Below, piece after piece: positions 10,854 through 19,222 of a stretch of 64,000 bases of DNA. Under the pieces are notes generated by a model. That model was not told the DNA's origin. It was given only the letters and a program-made list of their open reading frames with translations, and did no database searches. Every line of letters begins with the position of its first letter. Within the stretch, counting starts at the first letter, position 1. The position numbers and the translations under genes are program-made. The stretch lies in assembly GCA_965279325.1 (NCBI GenBank), contig OZ257154.1, positions 4,865,340 through 4,929,339 on the forward strand, in the 5' to 3' direction. Origin of the DNA: Burkholderiales bacterium (GTDB lineage: Bacteria; Pseudomonadota; Gammaproteobacteria; Burkholderiales; Ga0077523).

Positions 10854-11282
10854 CTAGGCTTCCATGCTCGGCAGGTCGGCACCGACCCGTCCGGTCCCGC
10901 CCATCAGGATGAGCAAGCGGCCGCTCCGGGTGCGCCAGAATTCGGCAGCATCCGAAAAAGCCTTGATTCCAATGGATAGTTCCTTGGGGGCTTCGCGAGC
11001 GAATCGGCCCAGGCCCTGGATTTCGATGACCAATCCGGGCACTTTCGCCCGCTCGAGGTCCGTCAGGCAGTCATAGAGCGCGTCCCAATTGACGCCGAAA
11101 TGGTCCGGAAAGGGCAGCGTGGCGGCCAGAGTGTCCAGCAGCGCCCGTTTCCCCGGCGGGGCATCGATCCGGACATGCCCAGGACCGGGGCCCGCCATCC
11201 GCTTCAGGGCATCGGCGCTGTCGCCCTCGAAGCGGAACACCCCGCACCCGTCGCCGGCGAGCACTTCCTGAAGCGTCTTCAT
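10854..11282 (-). CDS. Barstar-family ribonuclease inhibitor with an N-terminal extension
   Basis: LLDTLAATLPFPDHFGVNWDALYDCLTDL is the barstar core. At 142 aa it is about 50 aa longer at the N-terminus than classical barstar. Its ATG overlaps the RNase stop (ATGA). Confidence 0.8.
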   Translation of the reverse strand: MKTLQEVLAGDGCGVFRFEGDSADALKRMAGPGPGHVRIDAPPGKRALLDTLAATLPFPDHFGVNWDALYDCLTDLERAKVPGLVIEIQGLGRFAREAPKELSIGIKAFSDAAEFWRTRSGRLLILMGGTGRVGADLPSMEA

Positions 11283-11644
11283 GGAACCCCCGTGATTCGC
11301 TGAAAGCTGCGGTAATGATCGGCCGTCCAGTAGAACTCCCGGCCCCCGCCCACCACGAGGCGCCGGGCGCCCCTGTCGCTGCGGCCCGGGGTGCGCACGG
11401 TGTATTCGCGATAGAACTTGCGGGAACGGGGTGGCAGCAGCCGTTCCCGGTTGCCGAAGGTGGCGCCGTCCTTTTCGTAGGGAAACGGCCCGCCGGAGCG
11501 GATCAGGGCCAGCGTTTCGTGGGCCTCGGCGGGCAACGAAGCCAAGGCGACCGTGTCCGGAACGACCGGTCCCCGGGCGAATCCTCCCAGCGCCGTAAGC
11601 AGCAGGAGGGCCCCCGCCGAGGCTCGCACAAGGCCTTTCAACAT
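11279..11644 (-). CDS. Secreted guanyl-specific ribonuclease (RNase Sa / barnase N1-T1 family)
   Basis: Signal peptide MLKGLVRASAGALLLLTALGG, then LPAEAHETLALIRSGGPFPYEKDGATFGNRERLLP...YREYTV.TPG...RGARRLV...ADHYRSF. This is colinear with RNase Sa and includes the catalytic Glu, Arg and His positions. Confidence 0.85.
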   Translation of the reverse strand: MLKGLVRASAGALLLLTALGGFARGPVVPDTVALASLPAEAHETLALIRSGGPFPYEKDGATFGNRERLLPPRSRKFYREYTVRTPGRSDRGARRLVVGGGREFYWTADHYRSFQRITGVP

Positions 11645-11752
11645 GGCATAGTGACGCCAAATGGCGACAGTCATCGAAATTGACGTTCTGGAAGTATTCA
11701 GAAACAAGGCATTGGGGTCGATATTTGGAATGAATCCTGCTGGGGTTGTCCC

Positions 11753-12778
11753 TTGGCGGGTACCAGCGTGTCCCACCAACTGCTAAACATGACGATCCGG
11801 CGCAACGATTTCGACGTCACCGACCAGATCCGCACCACCGATCCCCAGGCGGTGCAGGACGAAGTCTCGCGCATCTATGCGCAGTTGTACGAACCGGCGT
11901 CCGACGCAGCCCTGCGGCGTCCCTTCACCGACGCCTGCCGCCTCTACCGCGGCGAGTATCCCGGCTACCGGCCCTGCGATACCGCGTACCACAACCTCCA
12001 GCACATCCTCGACGTGACGCTGGCGATGGCGCGCCTGATGGATGGCTACGAGCGTGCGGCCCGCCGGGTGGCGCCGCTCGGCGAGCGCCTGTTCCGTTTC
12101 GGCGTGGTGCTGGCCCTGTTCCACGATGCCGGCTACATCCGCTTGAAGCACGACTCCCGCAGCCACAACGGCGCGGCCTATACCCGGACCCACGTCTCCA
12201 GGGGCGCTCGCTTCCTCGAGCAATACCTGATCGACATCGGGCTCGGCGACCTCGAACCGCTCGCCCGGCCGCTGGTGCATTTCACCGGCTACGAGATGGC
12301 CGTCGCCGACATCGACGTGAGCGATCCGACGCTGCGCATGCTCGGACAACTGCTCGGTTCCGCGGACATCGTCGCGCAGATGTCTGATCGCTGCTATCTC
12401 GAGAAATGCCGGGATCGGCTGTACCCGGAGTTCGTCATCGGCGGCATCGCGGAGCGCCACCTCCATGACGGCGGCACGGAGATCCTGTTCGCCTCTGCCG
12501 AGGATCTCGTGGTGAAGACGCCGCATTTCTACCGCAGCGCCGCTGCGCGACTCGAGCGCGACCTCCAAGGCGTGTACCGGTTTGCGGAGCCGCATTTCCG
12601 CGGCCAGAATCTCTACCTCGAGGAACTCGAGAAGAACATCCGCCACGCCGAGACCGTTGCGGCCGAACACGATCTGACCTTGCTGCGCCGCACTCCGCCG
12701 CCGGTGACGTCAGAGGATGTTGTCATCGAGCTGCCGCCGTCGTTCGGGTGGCCGGTCAAGTCCCCAGTCGCAGCATGA
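11753..12778 (+). CDS. HD-domain metal-dependent phosphohydrolase-like protein
   Basis: YHNLQHILDV and VLALFHDAGY form an H...HD signature. The start is uncertain (TTG at 11753 or ATG at 11789). The 3' end overlaps the convergent qor by 23 nt. Confidence 0.6.
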   Translation: MAGTSVSHQLLNMTIRRNDFDVTDQIRTTDPQAVQDEVSRIYAQLYEPASDAALRRPFTDACRLYRGEYPGYRPCDTAYHNLQHILDVTLAMARLMDGYERAARRVAPLGERLFRFGVVLALFHDAGYIRLKHDSRSHNGAAYTRTHVSRGARFLEQYLIDIGLGDLEPLARPLVHFTGYEMAVADIDVSDPTLRMLGQLLGSADIVAQMSDRCYLEKCRDRLYPEFVIGGIAERHLHDGGTEILFASAEDLVVKTPHFYRSAAARLERDLQGVYRFAEPHFRGQNLYLEELEKNIRHAETVAAEHDLTLLRRTPPPVTSEDVVIELPPSFGWPVKSPVAA

Positions 12779-13760
12779 TCTTGCCCACGTGCGCGCTCGA
12801 TTCCATGAGCGCGTGGGCCTTCGACGCCTCGGCCAGCGCGAACGTCGAGTGAATCACCGGCCGGATCTTGCCGGCCTCGATCAGCGGCCACACCTTTGCA
12901 CGTAGCGCGGCTGCTATCGCGGTCTTGAACTCGACGGTGCGCGGCCGCAGCGTCGAGCCGGTGATCGTGAGCCGCCGGTAGAGAATGTCGCCCATGTCGA
13001 GCGTCGTCGTGGTGCCACCGAGGAACGCGATGATCGACAGCCGTCCATCGGCGGCCAGGCATTTCAGCTCCCGCGGCACGTAGTCGCCGCCGACCATGTC
13101 GAGGATCACGTCCACGCCCTTGCCGCCGGTCAGCTCCTTCACCACCGCGACGAAATCCGCGGTGCGGTAGTTGATCCCGCGTTCCGCCCCGAGCGCTTCG
13201 CACGCCCGGCATTTTTCATCACTCCCCGCGGTCGCGAACACGCGGTGGCCCATCGCACGCGCGAGCTGGATGGCGGTCACGCCGATGCCGCTCGATCCAC
13301 CCTGCACGAGCAGCGTTTCGCCTGGAGCAAGCCGACCGCGCTCGAACACGTTGATCCACACCGTGAAGAAGGTTTCCGGCAACGACGCGGCTTCGACCAT
13401 GCTGAAACCCTTCGGTACCGGCAGGCAATGTCCCGCCGGCGTCGCGCAATACTGTGCGTAGCCGCCGCCCGGCGTCAGCGCGCACACCGCGTCCCCGATC
13501 TTCCACTGCATCACGTCCGCCCCGACCTGCACGATCGTGCCTGCCACTTCCAGTCCGGGCAGGTCGGATGCTCCCGGCGGCGGGTTGTAGCTGCCCGCGC
13601 GCTGGAAGCAGTCCGGGCGGTTGACGCCGGCCGCCGCCACCTCGATCAGCACTTCATGCGGCTTGATGGCCGGCATGGGTCGCGTCGTGGGCTGAAGCAC
13701 TTCGGGACCGCCCGGTTTCGTGATCTCGATGGCGGTCATGGTGGCGGGCAATGCGGTCAT
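12756..13760 (-). CDS. NAD(P)H:quinone oxidoreductase (zeta-crystallin/PIG3-type MDR family)
   Basis: EVLIEVAAAGVNRPD, LVQGGSSGIGVTAIQLA (Rossmann motif), GKIMLRL C-terminus. An alternative start lies at 13739. Confidence 0.85.
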   Translation of the reverse strand: MTALPATMTAIEITKPGGPEVLQPTTRPMPAIKPHEVLIEVAAAGVNRPDCFQRAGSYNPPPGASDLPGLEVAGTIVQVGADVMQWKIGDAVCALTPGGGYAQYCATPAGHCLPVPKGFSMVEAASLPETFFTVWINVFERGRLAPGETLLVQGGSSGIGVTAIQLARAMGHRVFATAGSDEKCRACEALGAERGINYRTADFVAVVKELTGGKGVDVILDMVGGDYVPRELKCLAADGRLSIIAFLGGTTTTLDMGDILYRRLTITGSTLRPRTVEFKTAIAAALRAKVWPLIEAGKIRPVIHSTFALAEASKAHALMESSAHVGKIMLRLGT

Positions 13761-13982
13761 CGCGGAATCTCCTGGTTCGAAGCCGCGGATTGTAGAGGCC
13801 TATGGCATCATCCCGCGCTTCAACCAGCGTGCATCTTGGCGAAGGCACGATCCCCTCCGCCCTTGAACACGCACCGGGCGCCGGGCCGCCCCAAGCCCGG
13901 TGCGCAAGTATCATCCGGTCGAAGTGCACGTGCATCGGCGGAACGCCGATGCGTACACTTCGGCCGCACCCAAGGAGAGGAC

Positions 13983-14987
13983 ATGGAATATCGCAATCTC
14001 GGCACCAGTGGGCTGAAGGTCTCGCCGCTGTGCGTGGGCACCATGATGTTCGGCGACCGCACCGACTACGCCGAATCGGAACGCATCGTGAAGTCCGCCC
14101 GCGACTCGGGCGTGAACTTCATCGACACCGCCGACCAGTATGCGAAGGGCGAATCCGAACGCATCGTCGGCAAGATCATCAAGAAGGATCGGGACGCCTG
14201 GGTGCTCGCCACGAAGTTCGGCAACGCCATGGGCGAAGGGCCCAACGAGATCGGCCTGAGCCGCGGCTGGATGCACAAGGCCTGCGACGCGAGTCTCAAG
14301 CGCATGGGCACCGACTACATCGACCTGTACTACGTGCATCGCGATTTTTCCGATGCGCCGCTCGACGAGATGGTGCAGGCCATGGGCGACCTGATCCGCT
14401 CGGGCAAGGTGCGCTATTTCGCGGTGTCGAACTTCCGCGGCTGGCGCATCAGCGAGATCGTGTGGCTGTGTCGCCAGTTCGGCGTGCCGCGCCCCGTCGC
14501 CTGCCAGCCCTACTACAACGCCTTCAACCGGATGCCGGAAGTGGAAGTGCTGCCGGTCTGCGAGTATCACGGCCTCGGGGTCGTCCCCTACAGCCCGATC
14601 GCGCGCGGCGTGCTGACCGGCAAGTATCTCCCCGGACAGCAGCCGCCCGGCGACACGCGGGCTGGCCGGGGCGACAAGCGCATGATGCAGACCGAGTTCC
14701 GCCAAGAGTCGCTCGCGATGGCGCAAACCGTCAAGACCCATGCCGAGAAGAAGGGCATCACCACCGGGCAGTTCGCCACCGCCTGGGTATTGGCCAACCG
14801 GATCATCACGAGCGTGATCGCGGGTCCGCGCACGCTGGAACAATGGGTCGACTATCCGAAGGCGCTGGAGTACCGGTGGTCGGCGGACGACGAGGCGCTG
14901 ATCGATTCACTGGTCAGCCCCGGGCATCCGTCCACGCCCGGGTACAACGATCCGCAGTACCCGTTGATCGGGCGGTTCATGCGCTGA
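13983..14987 (+). CDS. Aldo/keto reductase
   Basis: MEYRNLGTSGLKVSPLCVGTMMFG, FIDTADQYAKGESE, YIDLYYVHR, VRYFAVSNF. Only the last 334 codons of the 580-aa track ORF look coding. Confidence 0.9.
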   Translation: MEYRNLGTSGLKVSPLCVGTMMFGDRTDYAESERIVKSARDSGVNFIDTADQYAKGESERIVGKIIKKDRDAWVLATKFGNAMGEGPNEIGLSRGWMHKACDASLKRMGTDYIDLYYVHRDFSDAPLDEMVQAMGDLIRSGKVRYFAVSNFRGWRISEIVWLCRQFGVPRPVACQPYYNAFNRMPEVEVLPVCEYHGLGVVPYSPIARGVLTGKYLPGQQPPGDTRAGRGDKRMMQTEFRQESLAMAQTVKTHAEKKGITTGQFATAWVLANRIITSVIAGPRTLEQWVDYPKALEYRWSADDEALIDSLVSPGHPSTPGYNDPQYPLIGRFMR

Positions 14988-14993
14988 GCGCGC

Positions 14994-15434
14994 CTAGCTG
15001 CCGACGGTGATCCGAAGGAGGGCGATGCGCATCATTTCCGGCAACGCCGTCGGTCGCCGCGTCGCGCGATCCACGTACACGTGGACGAAATGTCCCTGTG
15101 CGGAGGCGAGCGGCTCGTCGTTGCGGAACAGTCCTACTTCGTAGCGGACGCTGCTGGTTCCGAGCTTCACGACCCGCAGCCCCGCGTGCACCAGATCGGG
15201 GAAGCTGATCGGACTGAAATAGTTGCACTGGGTTTCCACGACCAGTCCGACCACGGTGCTGCGTTCGATGTCCAGTACGCCCTGCTCCATCAGATACTGG
15301 TTCACGACCGTGTCGAAGTACGAGTAGTAGACGACGTTGTTCACGTGGCCGTAGACGTCGTTGTCCATCCATCGCGTCGAGATCGAACGGAAGTGATGGT
15401 AATCGGCGCGCGCGTCGGGTTTCGGTTTGGTCAT
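14994..15434 (-). CDS. Acyl-CoA thioesterase, 4HBT/YbgC hotdog fold
   Basis: STRWMDNDVYGHVNNVVYYSYFD is the hotdog thioesterase signature. The start lies 1 nt after the stop of the upstream DMT gene. Confidence 0.8.
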   Translation of the reverse strand: MTKPKPDARADYHHFRSISTRWMDNDVYGHVNNVVYYSYFDTVVNQYLMEQGVLDIERSTVVGLVVETQCNYFSPISFPDLVHAGLRVVKLGTSSVRYEVGLFRNDEPLASAQGHFVHVYVDRATRRPTALPEMMRIALLRITVGS

Positions 15435-15435
15435 G

Positions 15436-16344
15436 TCAGTGGTTTTGTGCCTGGTCTGCGGCGTCGGTCTTGCGACGCATGTGGCGCCAGTTCACGGCGA
15501 GCAGGCCGGCGATGATGATGACCAGCATGCCCGCGAGCGAGCCGCCGTCGGGAAACTCGCGAAACGCGATCCACGCGAGCAGCGTGGACCACACGAGTTG
15601 CGTGTAGACGAAGGGTGCGAGCGCCATGGGCGAGGCGTGTTCCACGGCACGGATCAGGAGGAAGTGGCCGGTGCCGCCCAGTGCGCCGATGGCGAGCATC
15701 ATTCCCACCTGCGGCATCGTCGGCGTCTGCCAGGCCAACGGCAGGGCGAGGCTGGTGAGTCCCGCGCCGACGAGTGCGGTATAGAACAATGTCGTGACCG
15801 GATGATCGCGGCCAGCCACCTTGCGCGTGGCGATCTGGTAGAGCGCGAACAGCAGCGCCGTCGCGAGCGGAAACAGCACCGTGGGACTGAACACCGCGCC
15901 GCCCGGGCGGATGATCACCACCACCCCGATGAAACCCAGCACCACGGCGGCCCACTGCCGGCGCGACACGCGTTCCCTTAACAGCGGCCCCGAAAGGACG
16001 GTGACCAGCACCGGTCCGACGAAGCTGATGGCGGCCGCCTCCGCGAGGGGCAGGAACTTGAGCGACAGGTAGAACATGGCGGTGGAACTCACCAGCAGCA
16101 CGCCGCGCAGGATCTGGAGTCCGGGATGCTCGGTGCGGACCAACCCGAAGCCCATCCGGGGAACGAACAGGATCAGCATGAACAGCAGGTGGGTGCTGTA
16201 GCGGGCCCAGATGAGTGGCCCGAGCGGATACGACTTCAGCATCAGCTTCGCGAGAGTGTCCATGGACGAAAACATGAACACCGCCATCATCATCATGCCT
16301 ACGCCACGAAAGAAGTGCTTATGGTGGTGATCGTGGCTGCTCAT
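15436..16344 (-). CDS. DMT-superfamily (EamA) transporter
   Basis: 302-aa product with about ten hydrophobic helices and a two-EamA-repeat layout. N-terminus MSSHDHHHKH. The ATG overlaps the enolase-like stop (ATGA). Confidence 0.8.
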   Translation of the reverse strand: MSSHDHHHKHFFRGVGMMMMAVFMFSSMDTLAKLMLKSYPLGPLIWARYSTHLLFMLILFVPRMGFGLVRTEHPGLQILRGVLLVSSTAMFYLSLKFLPLAEAAAISFVGPVLVTVLSGPLLRERVSRRQWAAVVLGFIGVVVIIRPGGAVFSPTVLFPLATALLFALYQIATRKVAGRDHPVTTLFYTALVGAGLTSLALPLAWQTPTMPQVGMMLAIGALGGTGHFLLIRAVEHASPMALAPFVYTQLVWSTLLAWIAFREFPDGGSLAGMLVIIIAGLLAVNWRHMRRKTDAADQAQNH

Positions 16345-17642
16345 CGAAGCGGTTGCCCTGCGCCGGCCGGAAGCGCGGCACGTCCCGAGAAGCGCGCCGC
16401 CTTGCCGAGCGATTCCTCGAGCCGCAGCGCTTCGTTCCACTTGGCCATCCGTTCGGAGCGCGTGAACGAGCCGACCTTCAACTGGCCTGCGTCCCAGCCG
16501 GTGGCGAGATGCACGATCGTCACGTCCTCGGTTTCGCCGGAACGCGCGGACACGATGGTCCCGAATCCCGCTGCCTTGCCCGCTTCGAGCGCGGCCCGTG
16601 TCTCGGTGATGGTGCCGGCCTGGTTGGGCTTGATCAGGACCGCGTTGCAGGCGCGATCCGACGCCGCGGCCCGCACGCGATCGGCGTTCGTGACGAGGTA
16701 GTCGTCGCCGATGATCTGGAGGCTGCCGCCCGCCGCCGTGGTGAAGGCGCGCATGCCTTCCGCGTCGTCCTCGGCCAGCGGGTCCTCGATGGAAGCGACG
16801 GGGTAGCGGCGGCACCAGTCGAGCAGCATCGCGATCATGCCGTCGCGATCGAGCTCGCGGCCTTCCAGCCCCAGCGTGTAGCGGCCGTCGCGTCCGAATT
16901 CCGAAGCGGCAATGTCGAGCGAGATGGCGACTTCGTCGCCGGCCCGGTAGCCCGCCTTCTCGATCGCGCGGGCGAGCATCGAGAGTGCGTCCTCGTTCGA
17001 GTCGAACATTGGCCAGAAGCCGCCTTCGTCTGCGACGCCGGCGAGCTTGCCTGCGTCGCTCATCAACTGTCCGGCCGCGCGATACACCTCCGCGGTCATC
17101 ACGAGCGCTTCGTCGAAGCTCTCGGCGCCGAGCGCCATCACCATGAAGTCCTGGATGTCGACGCGCCGGCCCGCATGCGCACCGCCGCCGAAGATCTGGA
17201 TCTCCGGGAGCGGCAGGCGCACGGGACGCCCACCCGCGAGGTAGGACCAGAGCGGTTCGCGCCGAGACGCCGCTGCGGCATGCAGTACCGCCATGGATAC
17301 GGCGATGGTCGCGTTGCCGCCGAGACGTGCCTTGTTCGGCGTGCCGTCGAGCGCGATCAGCGCCGCATCGACGGCGGCCTGGTCGGTCGCGTCCATGCCA
17401 TCGAGACGGTTGGCAATCTCGCCGCTGACGTTCGCGACCGCGCGAGCCACGTCGAGACCACCCAGCAGTGGGCCACCGTCGCGCAGGTCGATGGCCTCAT
17501 GCGTGCCGCGCGAAGCGCCGGCCGGGGCGATGGCGCGGCCGATGGCGCCGCCCGCGAGGTGTACTTCGGCTTCGACGGTGGGGCGGCCGCGGGAGTCCCA
17601 GACACGGCGGCCGAGGATGCGGCTGATGGTGGAGTTGGTCAT
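16341..17642 (-). CDS. Enolase-family paralogue with non-canonical active-site residues
   Basis: Colinear with enolase: DSRGRPTVEAEVHL, AGASRGTHEAIDLRDG, GGGAHAG, VADEGGF, LDIAASEF, SIEDPL, IGDDYLVTN, LIKPNQAGTITE, QLKVGS. However, IQDFMV replaces IQEFMI and VSARSGETED replaces SHRSGETED. Confidence 0.8.
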   Translation of the reverse strand: MTNSTISRILGRRVWDSRGRPTVEAEVHLAGGAIGRAIAPAGASRGTHEAIDLRDGGPLLGGLDVARAVANVSGEIANRLDGMDATDQAAVDAALIALDGTPNKARLGGNATIAVSMAVLHAAAASRREPLWSYLAGGRPVRLPLPEIQIFGGGAHAGRRVDIQDFMVMALGAESFDEALVMTAEVYRAAGQLMSDAGKLAGVADEGGFWPMFDSNEDALSMLARAIEKAGYRAGDEVAISLDIAASEFGRDGRYTLGLEGRELDRDGMIAMLLDWCRRYPVASIEDPLAEDDAEGMRAFTTAAGGSLQIIGDDYLVTNADRVRAAASDRACNAVLIKPNQAGTITETRAALEAGKAAGFGTIVSARSGETEDVTIVHLATGWDAGQLKVGSFTRSERMAKWNEALRLEESLGKAARFSGRAALPAGAGQPLR

Positions 17643-17717
17643 CTGGATCGAAGGTGGCTGCGCAGGGTGCGCGAATGCTGGAACGACGTTGCTGGGGGAT
17701 GTTCGGAGCGGAAACGA

Positions 17718-18116
17718 TCAGGCCGTGAGTTCGATGCGATTGCCGTCGGGGTCGAGGACGACGCTCTCGTAGTAGCCGTCACCCGTGCGGCGCGGTCCAT
17801 CGACGACCGGTACTCCAGCCTCGCGCAGGTGCGCGGTCAGCGAATCGACGGCGGCATCGGAACCGAGCGCCAGCGCGATGTGAGCGTAGCCCGTCGCAGG
17901 AGGTGCAGGCGCATCGCCGACGGCGGGCGTCTGCATCACCTCGATCCTTGCGCCGGAGGTGAAACGCAGGAAATAGGAGCGGAACTGCTTCTTCGGATTT
18001 TCGTAGCCGTCGTTGGACTCGGCGCCGAACCAGCGGACATAGAAATCGCGGAGCTGTTCGATGTTCCGCGACCAAAGGGCGACATGTTCGATGCGGGCCG
18101 ACACGGCGTTCACCAT
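17718..18116 (-). CDS. VOC (glyoxalase/bleomycin-resistance/dioxygenase) family protein
   Basis: 132 aa. RIEHVALWSRNIEQLRDFY...GYAHIALALG...YYESVVLDPDGNRIEL is a typical paired beta-alpha-beta-beta-beta VOC pattern. Overlaps the kinase stop by 7 nt. Confidence 0.75.
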   Translation of the reverse strand: MVNAVSARIEHVALWSRNIEQLRDFYVRWFGAESNDGYENPKKQFRSYFLRFTSGARIEVMQTPAVGDAPAPPATGYAHIALALGSDAAVDSLTAHLREAGVPVVDGPRRTGDGYYESVVLDPDGNRIELTA

Positions 18117-19075
18117 TTCGCGATCTCTGCGCGCCAGGCGTCGCGGATCGCAGCGAGCCTGTCCACCGGTTGCAGCAGCAGCGGGCGCGCCACGCGGCGC
18201 ACCTTCTCGCGGTCGCGGTTGTCGGAGATGTACTCGACCGGCGACTTGCCGTCCACGCGCGCGAGAAACAGCCCGGGCAACAGGTGGGCGACGCGGGCTT
18301 CCAGGCCAGCCACGGGCTCCCACGCGACGCCCGCCAGGTAGGTCTCGAACAGCGTCGTGAAGCCTTGCAGGTAAACGGCCCACCAGCGCGGGCGCCACAC
18401 GCATTTGAGCAGCAGGTGATTCAGGCAGAAGGCCAGGTCGAAGGCCGGGTCTCCGTACCACGCGCACTCCGCATCGACGAACACGGGTCCGTGCGGACCC
18501 ACGAGGATGTTCTTCGGGCTCACGTCACCGTGCACCAGCGTGCGCTTGGTCGATGCCGTCACTCGGACCAGTTCCTCCAGAGCCGGCGCGCAATCGGGAT
18601 GGGCGCGCGCCGTGGCTTCGAGATAGGGCTCGAGGCGGATCGGAAAGAAGATGTGATCGGTGGCGAAACGCGTCGCGAGATCGCTGCGGTCCGCGGTGCG
18701 CGAGTGGATGAGGGCGAGCCGGCGACCCACTTCGCGCGCAGTGGAGCCATCCACGATGCCGTCGCGCAACTGGAGCTTCCACACCGGATGGTCGGCTGGA
18801 TCGAGCCAGGCCATCGCGAACAGGTTCGACTCCGCATCTTCGCCCAGGATCGCCGGTACGGCGTCGGGCGCGATGGCGCCCGCCACCCGCATCCATTCCA
18901 CCTCGAAGCGATTGCGCTCCGTCGGCGCACGCCAGTCGGCCTCGACCTTCAGCTTCGGCAGCGCGCGCTTGATGCAGATCGAGCCCCGCGGCAGGACGGC
19001 GCGGAAGATGTCCGATGAAACGCCCCCCGCCAGCGGCTCCAGTGCGAGCGATTCGCCAGGGTTGAGCAACCCCAT
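18110..19075 (-). CDS. APH-fold phosphotransferase, methylthioribose-kinase-like
   Basis: LEPLAGGVSSDIFRAV (nucleotide loop), ICIKRALPKLKV, catalytic loop LVHGDVSPKNILV, VDAECAWYGDPAFDLAFCLNHLLL. These are the last 321 codons of a spurious 1439-aa track ORF. The start is uncertain (ATG 19075, or an upstream TTG near 19111). Confidence 0.7.
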   Translation of the reverse strand: MGLLNPGESLALEPLAGGVSSDIFRAVLPRGSICIKRALPKLKVEADWRAPTERNRFEVEWMRVAGAIAPDAVPAILGEDAESNLFAMAWLDPADHPVWKLQLRDGIVDGSTAREVGRRLALIHSRTADRSDLATRFATDHIFFPIRLEPYLEATARAHPDCAPALEELVRVTASTKRTLVHGDVSPKNILVGPHGPVFVDAECAWYGDPAFDLAFCLNHLLLKCVWRPRWWAVYLQGFTTLFETYLAGVAWEPVAGLEARVAHLLPGLFLARVDGKSPVEYISDNRDREKVRRVARPLLLQPVDRLAAIRDAWRAEIAKW

Positions 19076-19222
19076 GCGTTCCAGCGCGGGGCGAAAGGCG
19101 GCGTCGTGATCCTCCAAGGCGGTGACGGCGTAACATCGGGGCGTCGCGCGCTCTCTCCGAAACCTGCCCGTCGCGACGAAATGATCGGACTGAAACTCTA
19201 GCACAGCGGACCCCGCGAACCC

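Noticed and set aside
14994-19075. Reading the kinase plus enolase operon as a methionine-salvage (MTR kinase) cluster.
   Set aside because: The salvage-pathway enolases are RuBisCO-like (MtnW) or HAD-type (MtnC), not Eno-family proteins. No mtnA, mtnB or mtnD homologues are present, so the resemblance is limited to the kinase fold.
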